The notes under the pieces were generated by a model. It worked only from the letters and a program-made list of their open reading frames with translations. It was not told where the DNA came from and ran no database searches. Below, piece after piece: positions 53,603-62,489 of a stretch of DNA of 62,489 nucleotides. How positions within the stretch are numbered: position 1 is the stretch's first letter; each line of letters starts with the position of its first letter. The translations under genes were made by a program, and so were the position numbers. Source of the DNA: Pseudomonadota bacterium (GTDB lineage: Bacteria; Desulfobacterota; Desulfobacteria; Desulfobacterales; RPRI01); NCBI GenBank assembly GCA_043825875.1, contig JBDRRF010000028.1, positions 1 to 62,489 on the forward strand, given 5' to 3'.

Positions 53603-54721
53603 ATGCCTGATAATAATTCATGGATGGTTGTTGTAATAGATGACGAAGAAGATATCCGGGATGTCATGGCTATGATGCTAAGAGATTCCGGTTACCGGGT
53701 TGAAACGGCTTCCGATGGTATCGCTGGTATTGAACTATGCAATAAAATACTTCCCCAGATTGTAATAACCGATATCCGTATGCCGGGCATAGATGGAATA
53801 AAGGTGCTTGAAACTCTCAAAATAGATATCCCCGATGTTGAAATTATTGTTGCAACCGCATTTGGCGAGATGGATATTGCAATACGTGCTTTACAGCTTG
53901 ATGCTTCCGATTTTATAACAAAACCGATTGGCCGGGACGCCTTTTTTATGGCTCTGACCAGAGCTAAAGAACGTTTTACGGCAAGAAAACAATTGAAAGA
54001 CATCCAGCATCAGGACAAGATGATGTCGCTTGGACGACTTGCAGCAAGTGTGGCACATGAAATCAATAACCCCCTTTCCGGTGTTCTAAACTATATAAAA
54101 CTAATGCATAAGACTATGGAAAGAGGGCCTTTGTCAGAAGAGAATAGGAAAAAGTTCATACCTCAGTTAGAGCTTATCGAAAGTGAACTCAGTCGTTGCA
54201 CCCAGATAGTATCCGGCCTTTTAACATTTTCCCGCAAGTCTGATCCGGCTTTTATAAATATCAATATTGAAAATCTTTTAAACCGGTGTGTGCTTTTAAG
54301 CCGGCACAAAATGGAGCTTGGCAAAATCGATCTAAAATTATATACAAGCCCTCATTTACCTGAAGTAAAAGGTAACTTTAATCAATTGCACCAGTGTATC
54401 ATTAATTTATTATTTAATGCTATTGATGCAATGCCTGACGGTGGCACTCTTGAGCTAAGCGCTGAAAATGACCCCAATAAAGGCTTTGTGTCAATATGTG
54501 TAAAAGATACTGGACAAGGAATCTGTGAAAAAAATCTTACACATATATTTGAACCTTTTTTTACAACCAAAAAGAATGGATATGGTATAGGCCTCGGTCT
54601 TTCAACAGTATATGGCATAATGGAGCGGCATAATGGCAGCATTGATGTAAAAAGCGGGCCCGGTAAGGGCTCGGTCTTTACTCTTCGGCTGCCTTCAGAT
54701 AGTAATTTACCGGAAAGTTAA
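53603..54721 (+). CDS. REC-histidine kinase hybrid
   Basis: VIDDE, ITDIRMPG, ASVAHEINNP and GIGLGLSTVYGI. Confidence 0.93.
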   Translation: MPDNNSWMVVVIDDEEDIRDVMAMMLRDSGYRVETASDGIAGIELCNKILPQIVITDIRMPGIDGIKVLETLKIDIPDVEIIVATAFGEMDIAIRALQLDASDFITKPIGRDAFFMALTRAKERFTARKQLKDIQHQDKMMSLGRLAASVAHEINNPLSGVLNYIKLMHKTMERGPLSEENRKKFIPQLELIESELSRCTQIVSGLLTFSRKSDPAFININIENLLNRCVLLSRHKMELGKIDLKLYTSPHLPEVKGNFNQLHQCIINLLFNAIDAMPDGGTLELSAENDPNKGFVSICVKDTGQGICEKNLTHIFEPFFTTKKNGYGIGLGLSTVYGIMERHNGSIDVKSGPGKGSVFTLRLPSDSNLPES

Positions 54722-54722
54722 A

Positions 54723-56504
54723 ATGTCTAAAAAAACAAATATCAAAAACGGCAGGCATATCGAAAGCGATCAGTTGCTGGAATTGCTGGATGAATTAAAC
54801 ATCGGTGCTTTTACAGTAAATACACATCGCAAAGTATCATCAATGAACCTTACCGCACAGGCGCTTATGGGGCTTAAAGAAGCCGAGACCACAAACCAGG
54901 ATTGCCGGGAAGTATTTTGTGGTGTTCCATGCATGATAAAATGTCTTTTTAAAAGTGGCAAGGCATGGGATGATGATCCTGCTGCCAAAGTAACTGAAGC
55001 TCCTCACAGGCTCGTAACCCGTCTTGCAACGCCTATATATGATTCCAAACAGGAACTGGTTGGCTGTTTAACCATTTTACAGGATCATTATCCTATTACC
55101 GATCTGATTAACCGGGTTCATTTTGAAGAAAGAAGCCTGAAAATGATCCTGGAAAATCTTGATATAGGCATATTTACTGTCAACCGCGGAGGACATATCA
55201 CTTTTTTTAATAATACTGCTGAAACAATTTCAGGATATGCCAGAAATCAGGTTCTTGGAAAACCATGCGCAACTATGTTTGAAGGGGCAGGAGAAAATGA
55301 TCTTAAAATGCTGAAAGATTCCATTGAAAACGGCAACACACGCAGCAACCGTAATGGCCGCATGAAAACCAATAACGGCGATATCATACCGATACGCGCA
55401 AGCTATATGGCTCTTAGAAACGAAAAGGGAGCTATTGTCGGAGGCCTTTCAACTTTTTACGATCTCACAGTAGTTTATCAGCTTAACAAGGTTATCAGCG
55501 ACCGCTATACCTTTCACGATATGATCGGTAAAGATCCGGCCATGCAAAAGATATTTGATATTACGCGTGTTATTTCAGGAACAAACTCAACGGTTTTGAT
55601 CGAAGGGTCAACAGGAACAGGAAAAGATCTTCTGGCAAAAATCATTCATTCCGAAAGCACAAGAGCCGGCAAACCTTTTGTTAAAGTAAATTGCGCCGCT
55701 CTTCCCGAAAACCTGCTTGAATCGGAAATGTTTGGCTATGTAAAAGGCGCTTTCACCGGTGCAGACCGTGATAAACCGGGAAGATTCCAGGAAGCTTCCG
55801 GCGGGACTATTCTGCTTGACGAGATAGGCGATCTTCCGCTTTCTCTTCAGGCAAAACTTTTGCATGTTTTGGAAGACAAAAAGTTTTATCCTCTTGGCAG
55901 CAGGCGCCCCGTTAAAGTGGATATCCGCATTCTATCGGCAAGTAATCGCGGTCTTAAAAATCTTGTTGATAAACATCTGTTTCGCGAAGATCTCTATTAC
56001 AGGTTAAATGTTTTGCAGATAGAAATTCCGCCTCTTAAAGACAGAAGATCCGATATTCCGCTTCTTATCCGGCATATCATGAGAAAACATTTCGGGCCAA
56101 GTATGCACCTTACAAAAGATATTTCGGAAAAAGCAATGGAAGTACTTCTTAATTACAATTATCCCGGTAATATAAGAGAACTGGAAAACATACTTGAACA
56201 CGCATTGATCATAAGCCAGGAAGAACGAATAGAATTGCACCATCTGCCCAATTATATACTAAAGATTTATAAATCTTCGTGTACCAATTTTGATGAGAAA
56301 CCGGCTTATCAAAAACCCGGGGTAGCAAATAAAGAAAGAGAATCCATTCTAAAAGCCCTGCAAAGCAATAACTGGAGCCGTACACAAGCAGCAAATGCTT
56401 TAAAAATGGAGCGCACCACGCTTTGGAGAAAAATGAAGCGTTATAATATTATAAAGCAAACCTTACGTAAAAAGACTGACGGCCATGTCGACGACACGAT
56501 ATAA
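54723..56504 (+). CDS. Sigma-54-dependent activator with two PAS domains
   Basis: GSTGTGKD, GAFTGA, LLDEIGD, YPGNIREL and HTH TTLWRKMK. Confidence 0.95.
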   Translation: MSKKTNIKNGRHIESDQLLELLDELNIGAFTVNTHRKVSSMNLTAQALMGLKEAETTNQDCREVFCGVPCMIKCLFKSGKAWDDDPAAKVTEAPHRLVTRLATPIYDSKQELVGCLTILQDHYPITDLINRVHFEERSLKMILENLDIGIFTVNRGGHITFFNNTAETISGYARNQVLGKPCATMFEGAGENDLKMLKDSIENGNTRSNRNGRMKTNNGDIIPIRASYMALRNEKGAIVGGLSTFYDLTVVYQLNKVISDRYTFHDMIGKDPAMQKIFDITRVISGTNSTVLIEGSTGTGKDLLAKIIHSESTRAGKPFVKVNCAALPENLLESEMFGYVKGAFTGADRDKPGRFQEASGGTILLDEIGDLPLSLQAKLLHVLEDKKFYPLGSRRPVKVDIRILSASNRGLKNLVDKHLFREDLYYRLNVLQIEIPPLKDRRSDIPLLIRHIMRKHFGPSMHLTKDISEKAMEVLLNYNYPGNIRELENILEHALIISQEERIELHHLPNYILKIYKSSCTNFDEKPAYQKPGVANKERESILKALQSNNWSRTQAANALKMERTTLWRKMKRYNIIKQTLRKKTDGHVDDTI

Positions 56505-58002
56505 AATTTTTGTCAGCAGCGTTCAAAAAGAACTCGCAGAGGAAAGGCGTGCGGTGAAAGAGTTCATTACCCATGATCCTCTTCTTAGCCGGTTCATATC
56601 CAATGTGTTTCTGTTCGAAGATATTCCTGCCAAAGACCGCAAGCCCGACGATATATATCTGAATGAGGTTGAGCGGTGTGATATCTATCTTGCTATTTTG
56701 GGCAATCATTATGGAAGTAAAAATGAAAACGGAAAATCTCCTACAGAGCTGGAATTTGAATATGCCACAAAAACTCTTCGGGAACGGCTTGTATTTGTAA
56801 AGGGCGATGATGACAAGACGCGTGAGCCGGAGATGGCCAAACTGGTGAATAAAGCGGGCCGCCAGGTCACTCGTCGCCGTTTTTCAGATACACCCGGCCT
56901 TATCCGGGAGGTCTATGCCAGTCTTATAGAGTGCCTGGAGAATCGCGGTGATTTCAGATCCTCACCGTTTGATGACAGCATTTGCGATGGAGCAACGCTT
57001 AAAGATATCGATAATGGCCAGGTAACGGCTTTTGTAGAAACTGCCGAAGCCGCAGGCAGGCTGAAACTTAAAGGAGCCCGCACACCAAAAGCGGTTCTTC
57101 AGAATTTCAATCTTCTGCGGGACGGTCGGCCCACGAATGCAGCCATGCTTCTGTTTGGGAAGAATCCGGAGAGATTCTTCAATAACGCTCAGGTTCATTG
57201 CTTTCACTTCCATGGGACTCAAAAACGCAAGCCTATCGCATCCCATCAGCCTTATGCCGGAAGATTGTTTGAAGTAATCGACCAAGCAGTAGAGTTTGTT
57301 TTGGGCAAGATTGATCGCAGTGTGGGCACTCGCGCAACGGATGTGCAGGTGCCTGTAAAATTCGAAATCCCCCGCCCGGCAATCACTGAAGCCATTGTCA
57401 ATGCGGTTGCCCACAGAAATTACCGTCATAACGGATTTGTTCAGGTTTTTGTATTTGCAGATCGCATCGAGGTATGGAATCCCGGTGAACTGCCTCCGGG
57501 ACTTACCCCTGAACTTTTACGGGAACCGCATGGCCCGATACCACGTAATCCGCTTATTGCCGAACCGCTGTTTCGGGTAAAATATGTTGAGAAAGCCGGA
57601 ACCGGCACAACGGATATGATTGCCGACTGCCGGGAAGCCGGACTTCCTGAGCCTGACTTTGAGCAACACGGTCCTCATTTTGTTGTTACGATCTGGCGGG
57701 ACTGGCTGACGGATGACGTTATTGCTGCGCTAAATCTCAATGATCGCCAGCAACAGGTTTTGCTACACCTTAAGACTGAGAGAAAGATTGGTAATATAGA
57801 ATACCAAAATCTGATTGGTGTAGCAAAACGTACTGCATCCCGCGATCTTATGGAACTTGTTGAAAAGGGCATTTTGGAGAAGGTTGGCACTACCGGTAAA
57901 GGTACAGCATATATTTTACGCAAAGGGGCCATAAAGGGGCCAAAGGGGCCATCCGTTTATTCGGATGCGAAAGGGGCCGTAAAGGGGCCAAAGGGGCAAT
58001 GA
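56485..58002 (+). CDS. DUF4062 + RecG-C-like HATPase + winged-HTH protein
   Basis: KIFVSSVQKELAEER, EAIVNAVAHRNY, DRIEVWNPG, PRNPLIA, EKAGTG and TASRDLMELVEKG. Overlaps the upstream gene by 20 nt. Confidence 0.88.
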   Translation: MSTTRYKIFVSSVQKELAEERRAVKEFITHDPLLSRFISNVFLFEDIPAKDRKPDDIYLNEVERCDIYLAILGNHYGSKNENGKSPTELEFEYATKTLRERLVFVKGDDDKTREPEMAKLVNKAGRQVTRRRFSDTPGLIREVYASLIECLENRGDFRSSPFDDSICDGATLKDIDNGQVTAFVETAEAAGRLKLKGARTPKAVLQNFNLLRDGRPTNAAMLLFGKNPERFFNNAQVHCFHFHGTQKRKPIASHQPYAGRLFEVIDQAVEFVLGKIDRSVGTRATDVQVPVKFEIPRPAITEAIVNAVAHRNYRHNGFVQVFVFADRIEVWNPGELPPGLTPELLREPHGPIPRNPLIAEPLFRVKYVEKAGTGTTDMIADCREAGLPEPDFEQHGPHFVVTIWRDWLTDDVIAALNLNDRQQQVLLHLKTERKIGNIEYQNLIGVAKRTASRDLMELVEKGILEKVGTTGKGTAYILRKGAIKGPKGPSVYSDAKGAVKGPKGQ

Positions 58003-58276
58003 CTCAACTTATGAATTGGAATAAAAATGGGACATATCCATCGGTAAGGCGATAAAAGAAGGAGGCGAGGCTTTGGAAGTGCTGAAGGGTTCTCTGTAAC
58101 CCGCCATGAACCCGCCAAACCCGACAGACAGCGATGGGAGATTTGGAAGCTATGTTAAAAAAGGAGATTCTTGAACGGCGGGATGAGAGTCGAGGTACTT
58201 TTTATGTCAAAGCAAATGAAATGCCTCATTTCGCCTACTGGCAACCGAATGCCTCAGTAATGCCTCAAACGCCTCA
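57923..58276 (+). repeat. Four triplets of AA-N5-CA 9-mers with 9-2-9-9 spacing
   Basis: 57923-57951 and 57971-57999 (AAGGGGCCA), 58098-58126 (AACCCGCCA), 58248-58276 (AATGCCTCA). Confidence 0.85.
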
Positions 58277-58337
58277 TAGTGACATTTGGGATATATCCAT
58301 TGAACTTGGATATAAAGAGGACAAACAGGCTCATTAA
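58134..58337 (+). pseudogene. C-terminal winged-HTH fragment of a paralogue of the 56485 gene
   Basis: DLEAMLKKEILERRDESRGTFYV aligns with DLMELVEKGILEKVGTTGKGTAYI and is followed by its own repeat tail. Confidence 0.55.
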
Positions 58338-58555
58338 GACCGTTCCCGAATAGATTTCAGGGTCATAAACAAGTGTGCAAGATTCAATCCTCATTGTTTC
58401 GTACATACAGCCTTATCAAAGGTTTTCAGGTTTGCTGATATACTGCGGTTATTGAAAGATATCTTTGATAGTAAGTTTCTATAACAAGTATTGTCATATT
58501 AACGATTACAGCAAGTTGGTACTATTAAAAGCTTAAAGTGGCTTTTCATTGACAG

Positions 58556-58684
58556 CTTCCTGAAAGCAGCAACACGACAGATGTCTTAGATCTACAAGGT
58601 TCCATTCAGTAATCAACACAAATGAAATCAATTGGACAAAATACTGTGTTCTTCGCAATACGTATTATCTGATAATAAAAAGCA
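58556..58684. repeat. ~129-bp direct repeat, copy 1
   Basis: CTTCCTGAAAG...ACACGACAGATGTCTTAGATCTAC...TTATCTGATAATAAAAAGCA, repeated at 60411-60539. Confidence 0.85.
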
Positions 58685-58686
58685 TA

Positions 58687-58742
58687 TTATTATCGTAAAT
58701 CAATAATAACTTATTGACATTCGTTCATTTGTATGGTATTCC
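58687..58742 (+). promoter_or_regulatory. Inverted-repeat operator and probable sigma-70 promoter of the DUF2975 operon
   Basis: TTATTATCG-TAAAT-CAATAATAA at 58687-58709, TTGACA at 58714, weak -10. Confidence 0.5.
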
Positions 58743-58876
58743 TCCCTCCAATAGGCTTACTCGCGACATGCTCCCTGCCGGGTATCAAGCGCACAGAAGA
58801 TGGTGATTGATATGATGGCAAGCCGTGGGATAAAGGCTCTATAAGTAATTCAAAACCTTATAAAGGAGGGGCTGCC

Positions 58877-59419
58877 ATGGGCAATCTACCCAAAATCAAG
58901 AAATTCAGTGAAAACTTCCATCTTCTAATTTCGTTTTTTCTGGTAGCGATACCGCTATATTATGTCGTCTACTGGGCATTCATTAATTATCTACCTGCGA
59001 AGCTAATAGCCATAAATATTCCTTCAATTCCATTGATTCCTCATAAATTGCCAATCAAATTACAACTTGTTGGCTTTATGACAAGTTTGCTCCCTCTTTC
59101 TGCCTTAATTTACGGGCTTGTAAACATCAGAAAGCTTTTTTCGTTTTACAAAGAAGGTATCATCTTTTCTTTTGAACATGTAAGTTTCTTTAAAAAAACC
59201 GCCAATGCTCTCGTATTGTGGGTTTTCTCGTCAATGATTTATGAATCAGCCAAAAGTGTTTTGTTCTCCGTAGGCAACCCGCCCGGCAGTAGAGTTATTG
59301 ATGTTAATTTCGGTACGGCAGAAATTACCCCACTTTTGGTCGGAGGCATTGTTTTTGTCATCGCATGGGTCATGGATGAAGGTAGAGTTTTATCTGAAGA
59401 AAATGAACTAACTATTTAG
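58877..59419 (+). CDS. DUF2975-like membrane protein
   Basis: Four hydrophobic helices, FxxxxxGxIF and IAWVMDEG..L.EENELTI ending. AAGGAGG RBS. Confidence 0.85.
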   Translation: MGNLPKIKKFSENFHLLISFFLVAIPLYYVVYWAFINYLPAKLIAINIPSIPLIPHKLPIKLQLVGFMTSLLPLSALIYGLVNIRKLFSFYKEGIIFSFEHVSFFKKTANALVLWVFSSMIYESAKSVLFSVGNPPGSRVIDVNFGTAEITPLLVGGIVFVIAWVMDEGRVLSEENELTI

Positions 59420-59432
59420 CTGGAGTTACATT

Positions 59433-59642
59433 ATGCCAATAATTGTAAATTTGGATGTAGTTCTGGCAAAACGCAAAATGAAATCAGTTGAACTTGCTAA
59501 ATTGATTGGAATCACAGAACAAAATTTATCTATTCTGAAAACAGGGAAAGCCAAAGCAATTCGAATTTCTACTTTGGATGTTATCTGTAAATACCTTGAA
59601 TGCCAACCAGGGGACATTCTTGAGTATAAAAATAATGAATAA
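59433..59642 (+). CDS. Cro/C1-type HTH transcriptional regulator (YozG-like)
   Basis: MPIIVNLDVVLAKRKM..ELA..IGITEQNLSILKTGKAKAIR..TL..IC..LECQPGDILEY. Confidence 0.92.
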   Translation: MPIIVNLDVVLAKRKMKSVELAKLIGITEQNLSILKTGKAKAIRISTLDVICKYLECQPGDILEYKNNE

Positions 59643-59656
59643 AAAGGAGAACATAA

Positions 59657-60226
59657 ATGAATTCAAGCAAATGGAAACAATTTTATATTCAAACCTTGAT
59701 TTTTACGAGTTTGATCTTCGCCTTTACGGGTTGTGCAAGTAATCGGGTGCAGACTAAACCATATTCACCTGAGAAAACAATGCATTATAGTCAGTTGAAG
59801 AGCTATGATGAAACAAGGAATCTTAACGGCTACGTTTTCTATGTCAATGAAGGAGAAACCATTCCGCTGAAGCTTTCCATGGAAGCAGACTTCATGGACT
59901 TTAAGCAGGATCAAATCGATATTGTTGCCAAGCAAAAGCTTTACTTCATGATTGAAATGCCGGAGAATCTCTCCGCAGACGAATTGTCAAAACTCAATAA
60001 ACTCAATGCGCGAAGCTTCTCCAAAATGAGCAATGCTCAGAGGGCAGATTTCTTGAAAGATTACATGCTCTATGTGAGCAAAGACGCCATACATTGGGCT
60101 CCTCTTTTCGGCAGCAGAGCGTATAGGAACGTGTTGGGTTTCAAGGCTGGACTGCTATCTTTTGCAATACTGGCAAATACCGCAGACGGTCTGGGTGCAA
60201 GTTTGGATATTAGAACTGTCAAATAG
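59657..60226 (+). CDS. Hypothetical lipoprotein
   Basis: AGGAG RBS, basic N-terminus, hydrophobic stretch and FTGC lipobox. Confidence 0.75.
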   Translation: MNSSKWKQFYIQTLIFTSLIFAFTGCASNRVQTKPYSPEKTMHYSQLKSYDETRNLNGYVFYVNEGETIPLKLSMEADFMDFKQDQIDIVAKQKLYFMIEMPENLSADELSKLNKLNARSFSKMSNAQRADFLKDYMLYVSKDAIHWAPLFGSRAYRNVLGFKAGLLSFAILANTADGLGASLDIRTVK

Positions 60227-60410
60227 AAGTGCCCTACTGGGGGGGTAGTGCGGGACACCCTTTAGTTATTCAGTTTCTTTTAATTCAAGCCACAATACGC
60301 TTATTTTTTTTGATTTTCGGTTAAGATGTTTTTTACATATCACGGTTTCTCCAAAACCTTTGATATGAAGAATGTATGAAGGAGTTGCTTTTATTGTTAC
60401 GAATTTCTTT

Positions 60411-60572
60411 CTTCCTGAAAGAAGTAACACGACAGATGTCTTAGATCTACGAGGTTTCATTCAGTAATCAACGCAAATGAAATCAATTGGACAAAATACT
60501 GTGTTATACTTAATCCGTGTTATCTGATAATAAAAAGCAAAGACAGATTACGTATATTAATTTACGTTAGGC
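60411..60572 (+). repeat. Direct repeat copy 2 running into a GTTAGGC core site (possible attI)
   Basis: Repeat at 60411-60539, then an AT-rich segment ending in GTTAGGC at 60566-60572. Confidence 0.5.
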
Positions 60573-61082
60573 AAAAAAAGATAAATTTTAATGTTACTTA
60601 AGCCAAAACTTTCAAACAACATTGGGATGGTTATCGGGGGGGCAATTATAACAGTTATTGTTCTAAGTGCTTTTGATGTAGTTGACGGTTACTGGCGGAT
60701 TATTCCAAATATATTTGGTGTGCTGGGTCTGTTGTTATTTTTTGTAGGAATCATAGCCATTGTGAGACGCAATAAAATGGCTATCATTATCAATGAATCC
60801 GGAATAGAAGTGCCTGCTTTCAATATTTTCCAAAAGGAGCCTCAAAGGATATTAATCCCCCTTGATGAGCTCTTACTTGTTGCAAAACATGAATCTATTA
60901 AAGGAAGATTAATTGAAATCACAACAAAAGATCAAAATAAATTGATAGTTCAGGCGAGACATTATTGTGAGCTTGATGAATTCATCTCATACTGCAGAGA
61001 ACAAGGGCTACCTGTTGCCTAACAAGTCGCTGGAGATTCGACGGGAAAAAGCTGGCGCTTTTCCCGCGTCTCAGCTCCAGCG
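60567..61082 (+). mobile_element. Integron gene cassette (single ORF plus attC)
   Basis: Begins G|TTAGGC. The ORF stop lies in the complementary GCCTAAC. Ends at CG|TT. Confidence 0.8.
60591..61022 (+). CDS. Hypothetical cassette protein with two N-terminal TM helices
   Basis: 143-aa ORF filling the cassette, with two hydrophobic segments followed by a soluble domain. Confidence 0.75.
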   Translation: MLLKPKLSNNIGMVIGGAIITVIVLSAFDVVDGYWRIIPNIFGVLGLLLFFVGIIAIVRRNKMAIIINESGIEVPAFNIFQKEPQRILIPLDELLLVAKHESIKGRLIEITTKDQNKLIVQARHYCELDEFISYCREQGLPVA

Positions 61083-61088
61083 TTACTT
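61017..61088 (+). other. attC recombination site
   Basis: R'' GCCTAAC, 5-nt spacer, L'' GCTGGAG vs L' CTCAGC (one extra base), inner stem CGGGAAAA/TTTTCCCG, R' GTTACTT. Confidence 0.82.
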
Positions 61089-61340
61089 TCTTTCATTTAG
61101 CAATAAACAGTTCCTAAAAAATCCGGTAGCATTTCTTTGTAGGTGTACTATACGCAACAAAAAGTGATTGAAAATAGATCACAGCCGCTTCTCATTTTGA
61201 GATATTTTTCACGTATCACAGTCTTGCCCAAACCTGCGATAAGAAGAAGTGAGAAAGGTGACGCTGTTATGTTTTTAAGTTTCCAATAAATAGCGGTCTT
61301 TTGCCTCTGCAATTTACTGTTAGATTACTGTTGTCATAAA

Positions 61341-61913
61341 TTATCTTATAGTTTTAAAACCAATGGGCTTGCGGGGTTCTTGTTCCTGATTTATTAGCTG
61401 TTTTATTGCCTCGAAAATTAATCTGAATTTTTCATCGTGGTCTTCAAAACGATCATTTGTAACTTTTTCAAGCTCTTTTATTTTCTGAACAAGTTCTTTA
61501 TTTCCTTGCAAAAGTTTTCTTATTTGCACAAAAGTACGCATAACAGCAATGTTTACTCCAATGGCTCTTTTGCTTTTGAGTACACCGGAAAGCATTGCAA
61601 CACCTTGTTCCGTGAAGGCAAAAGGCAAATATTTGCTGTGTTGTCCACGACCTTTCTTTAAGATCACATTTTATGATCTTAAAGCTTGCTCATTTTGGCC
61701 TGCAGACTGCAATTTATAATCATTGAATTCCTGGGCAGTTAACTCAAACATAAAATCTTCGGGGAACCGGTCTATATTTCTTTTTACTGCTTGCTTTAAT
61801 ACTCTTGTTTCAACTCCGTAAAGAGAGGCCAAATGGAAGTCAAGCATGACCTTCTCGCCTCTGATAAAAAATATCTGTGAAGCAATATTTTCTTCTTTAA
61901 TAATAAGTTTCAT
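61341..61913 (-). pseudogene. ORF6N-domain protein interrupted by an in-frame TAA (61671-61673)
   Basis: IRGEKVMLD..LA.LYGVET..LKQAVKRN..RFPEDFMF...LRS*NVILKKGRGQHSKYLPFAFTEQGVAMLS, all in one frame. Confidence 0.88.
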
Positions 61914-62116
61914 AGCTTTTTGGAATCACTTCGCTTTATAGTCGGTATACAGATATAAACCGGGAAATAAGGTCGTAAAGAGTTTATTTCTTCATTAACG
62001 CCGGAAACGATAGGCAAATCTGCTTCAGGTGAAATATTATCAATAAAAAACTGGCCTACATTGCCACGCCTGTGGTTATCTCTTATAGATGATTGGATTG
62101 AAGCAATATTTTCCAT
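61910..62116 (-). pseudogene. Probable N-terminal remnant of a PLD/SNF2-type helicase gene
   Basis: SIRDNHRRGNVGQF...ADLPIVS resembles the start of such proteins, but similarity stops after ~38 aa. Confidence 0.35.
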
Positions 62117-62277
62117 TAATCATAGATCTCCACATGATTCAGAAAAGATAATTTATAGAACGGAACCGATGTTGTTTGAATAACATAACAGCCTAAATTG
62201 TCAAGCAATAAGATTATTAAAATTATCAGGCTTAATCACTTAATTGTACGGGTTTGAAATTATAAAAGGTGAAGCAA

Positions 62278-62489
62278 TTACGCACCGGGTAACCGGAAAG
62301 GTTTGGTCACAGCCATGTAGAAGCATGCACCATCCACAAGGTCGGGGTATTCGTTAAGGAAGGCTTCCAGGCCTCTGGCATCAGAAGTAGTAACACGAGC
62401 GGTGGCCTTGTTGATAGCATCCACCGGCTGCACGATGTTGCATGCAACACCATTTATGTTGCATCTTTTTGCAATATTATATTTATTTA
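62278..62489 (-). CDS. C-terminal part of an unidentified protein entering from the window edge
   Basis: Open frame of 70 codons, NKYNIAKRCN...TKPFRLPGA*, with TAA at 62278-62280. Confidence 0.4.
   Translation of the reverse strand, partial: NKYNIAKRCNINGVACNIVQPVDAINKATARVTTSDARGLEAFLNEYPDLVDGACFYMAVTKPFRLPGA

Noticed and set aside
60266..60460. Minus-strand ORF as the integron integrase
   Set aside because: Only 64 aa, with no tyrosine-recombinase or IntI N-terminal motifs in the frames I read.
61671..61673. Stop-codon recoding in the ORF6N gene
   Set aside because: The codon is TAA at a Gln position, and a C-to-T mutation or sequencing error is simpler.

Overview
AT-rich bacterial chromosome segment, most likely from a sulfate-reducing Desulfobacterota/Desulfobacterales-type organism (inferred from dsrC, flxABCD, hdrA and ahbA). 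There are five blocks. (1) 1-6012: a sigma-54-controlled cluster of a flavoprotein, a corrinoid protein, a GcvH-like lipoyl carrier and an MtrH-like methyltransferase, with a divergent activator. (2) 6.2-13.5 kb: housekeeping and signalling genes. (3) 13.8-23.7 kb: an energy-conservation operon in which a tandem HdrA is split. An unannotated 128-aa selenoprotein carries the HdrA N-terminus, a NuoE/NuoF/NuoG-N (HydCBA-like) module is inserted, and the rest of HdrA is followed by Sec-containing FlxD, FlxC, FlxB, FlxA and dsrC, with no hdrBC. (4) 24-56.5 kb: a dense two-component signalling island. In its 25-43.5 kb part the gene junctions hold inverted 7-nt repeat arrays containing one intact and three internally deleted or truncated four-helix-bundle (TIGR02436/Avd-like) genes, a candidate undescribed mobile element family. 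(5) 56.5-62.5 kb: an accessory region with a DUF4062/HATPase/wHTH gene followed by geometrically conserved 9-2-9-9 repeats, a DUF2975-HTH pair, a lone integron cassette with attC, and pseudogenes. No rRNA, tRNA, CRISPR array, transposase, integrase or reverse transcriptase was seen. All family assignments come from motif recognition by eye, not database searches.
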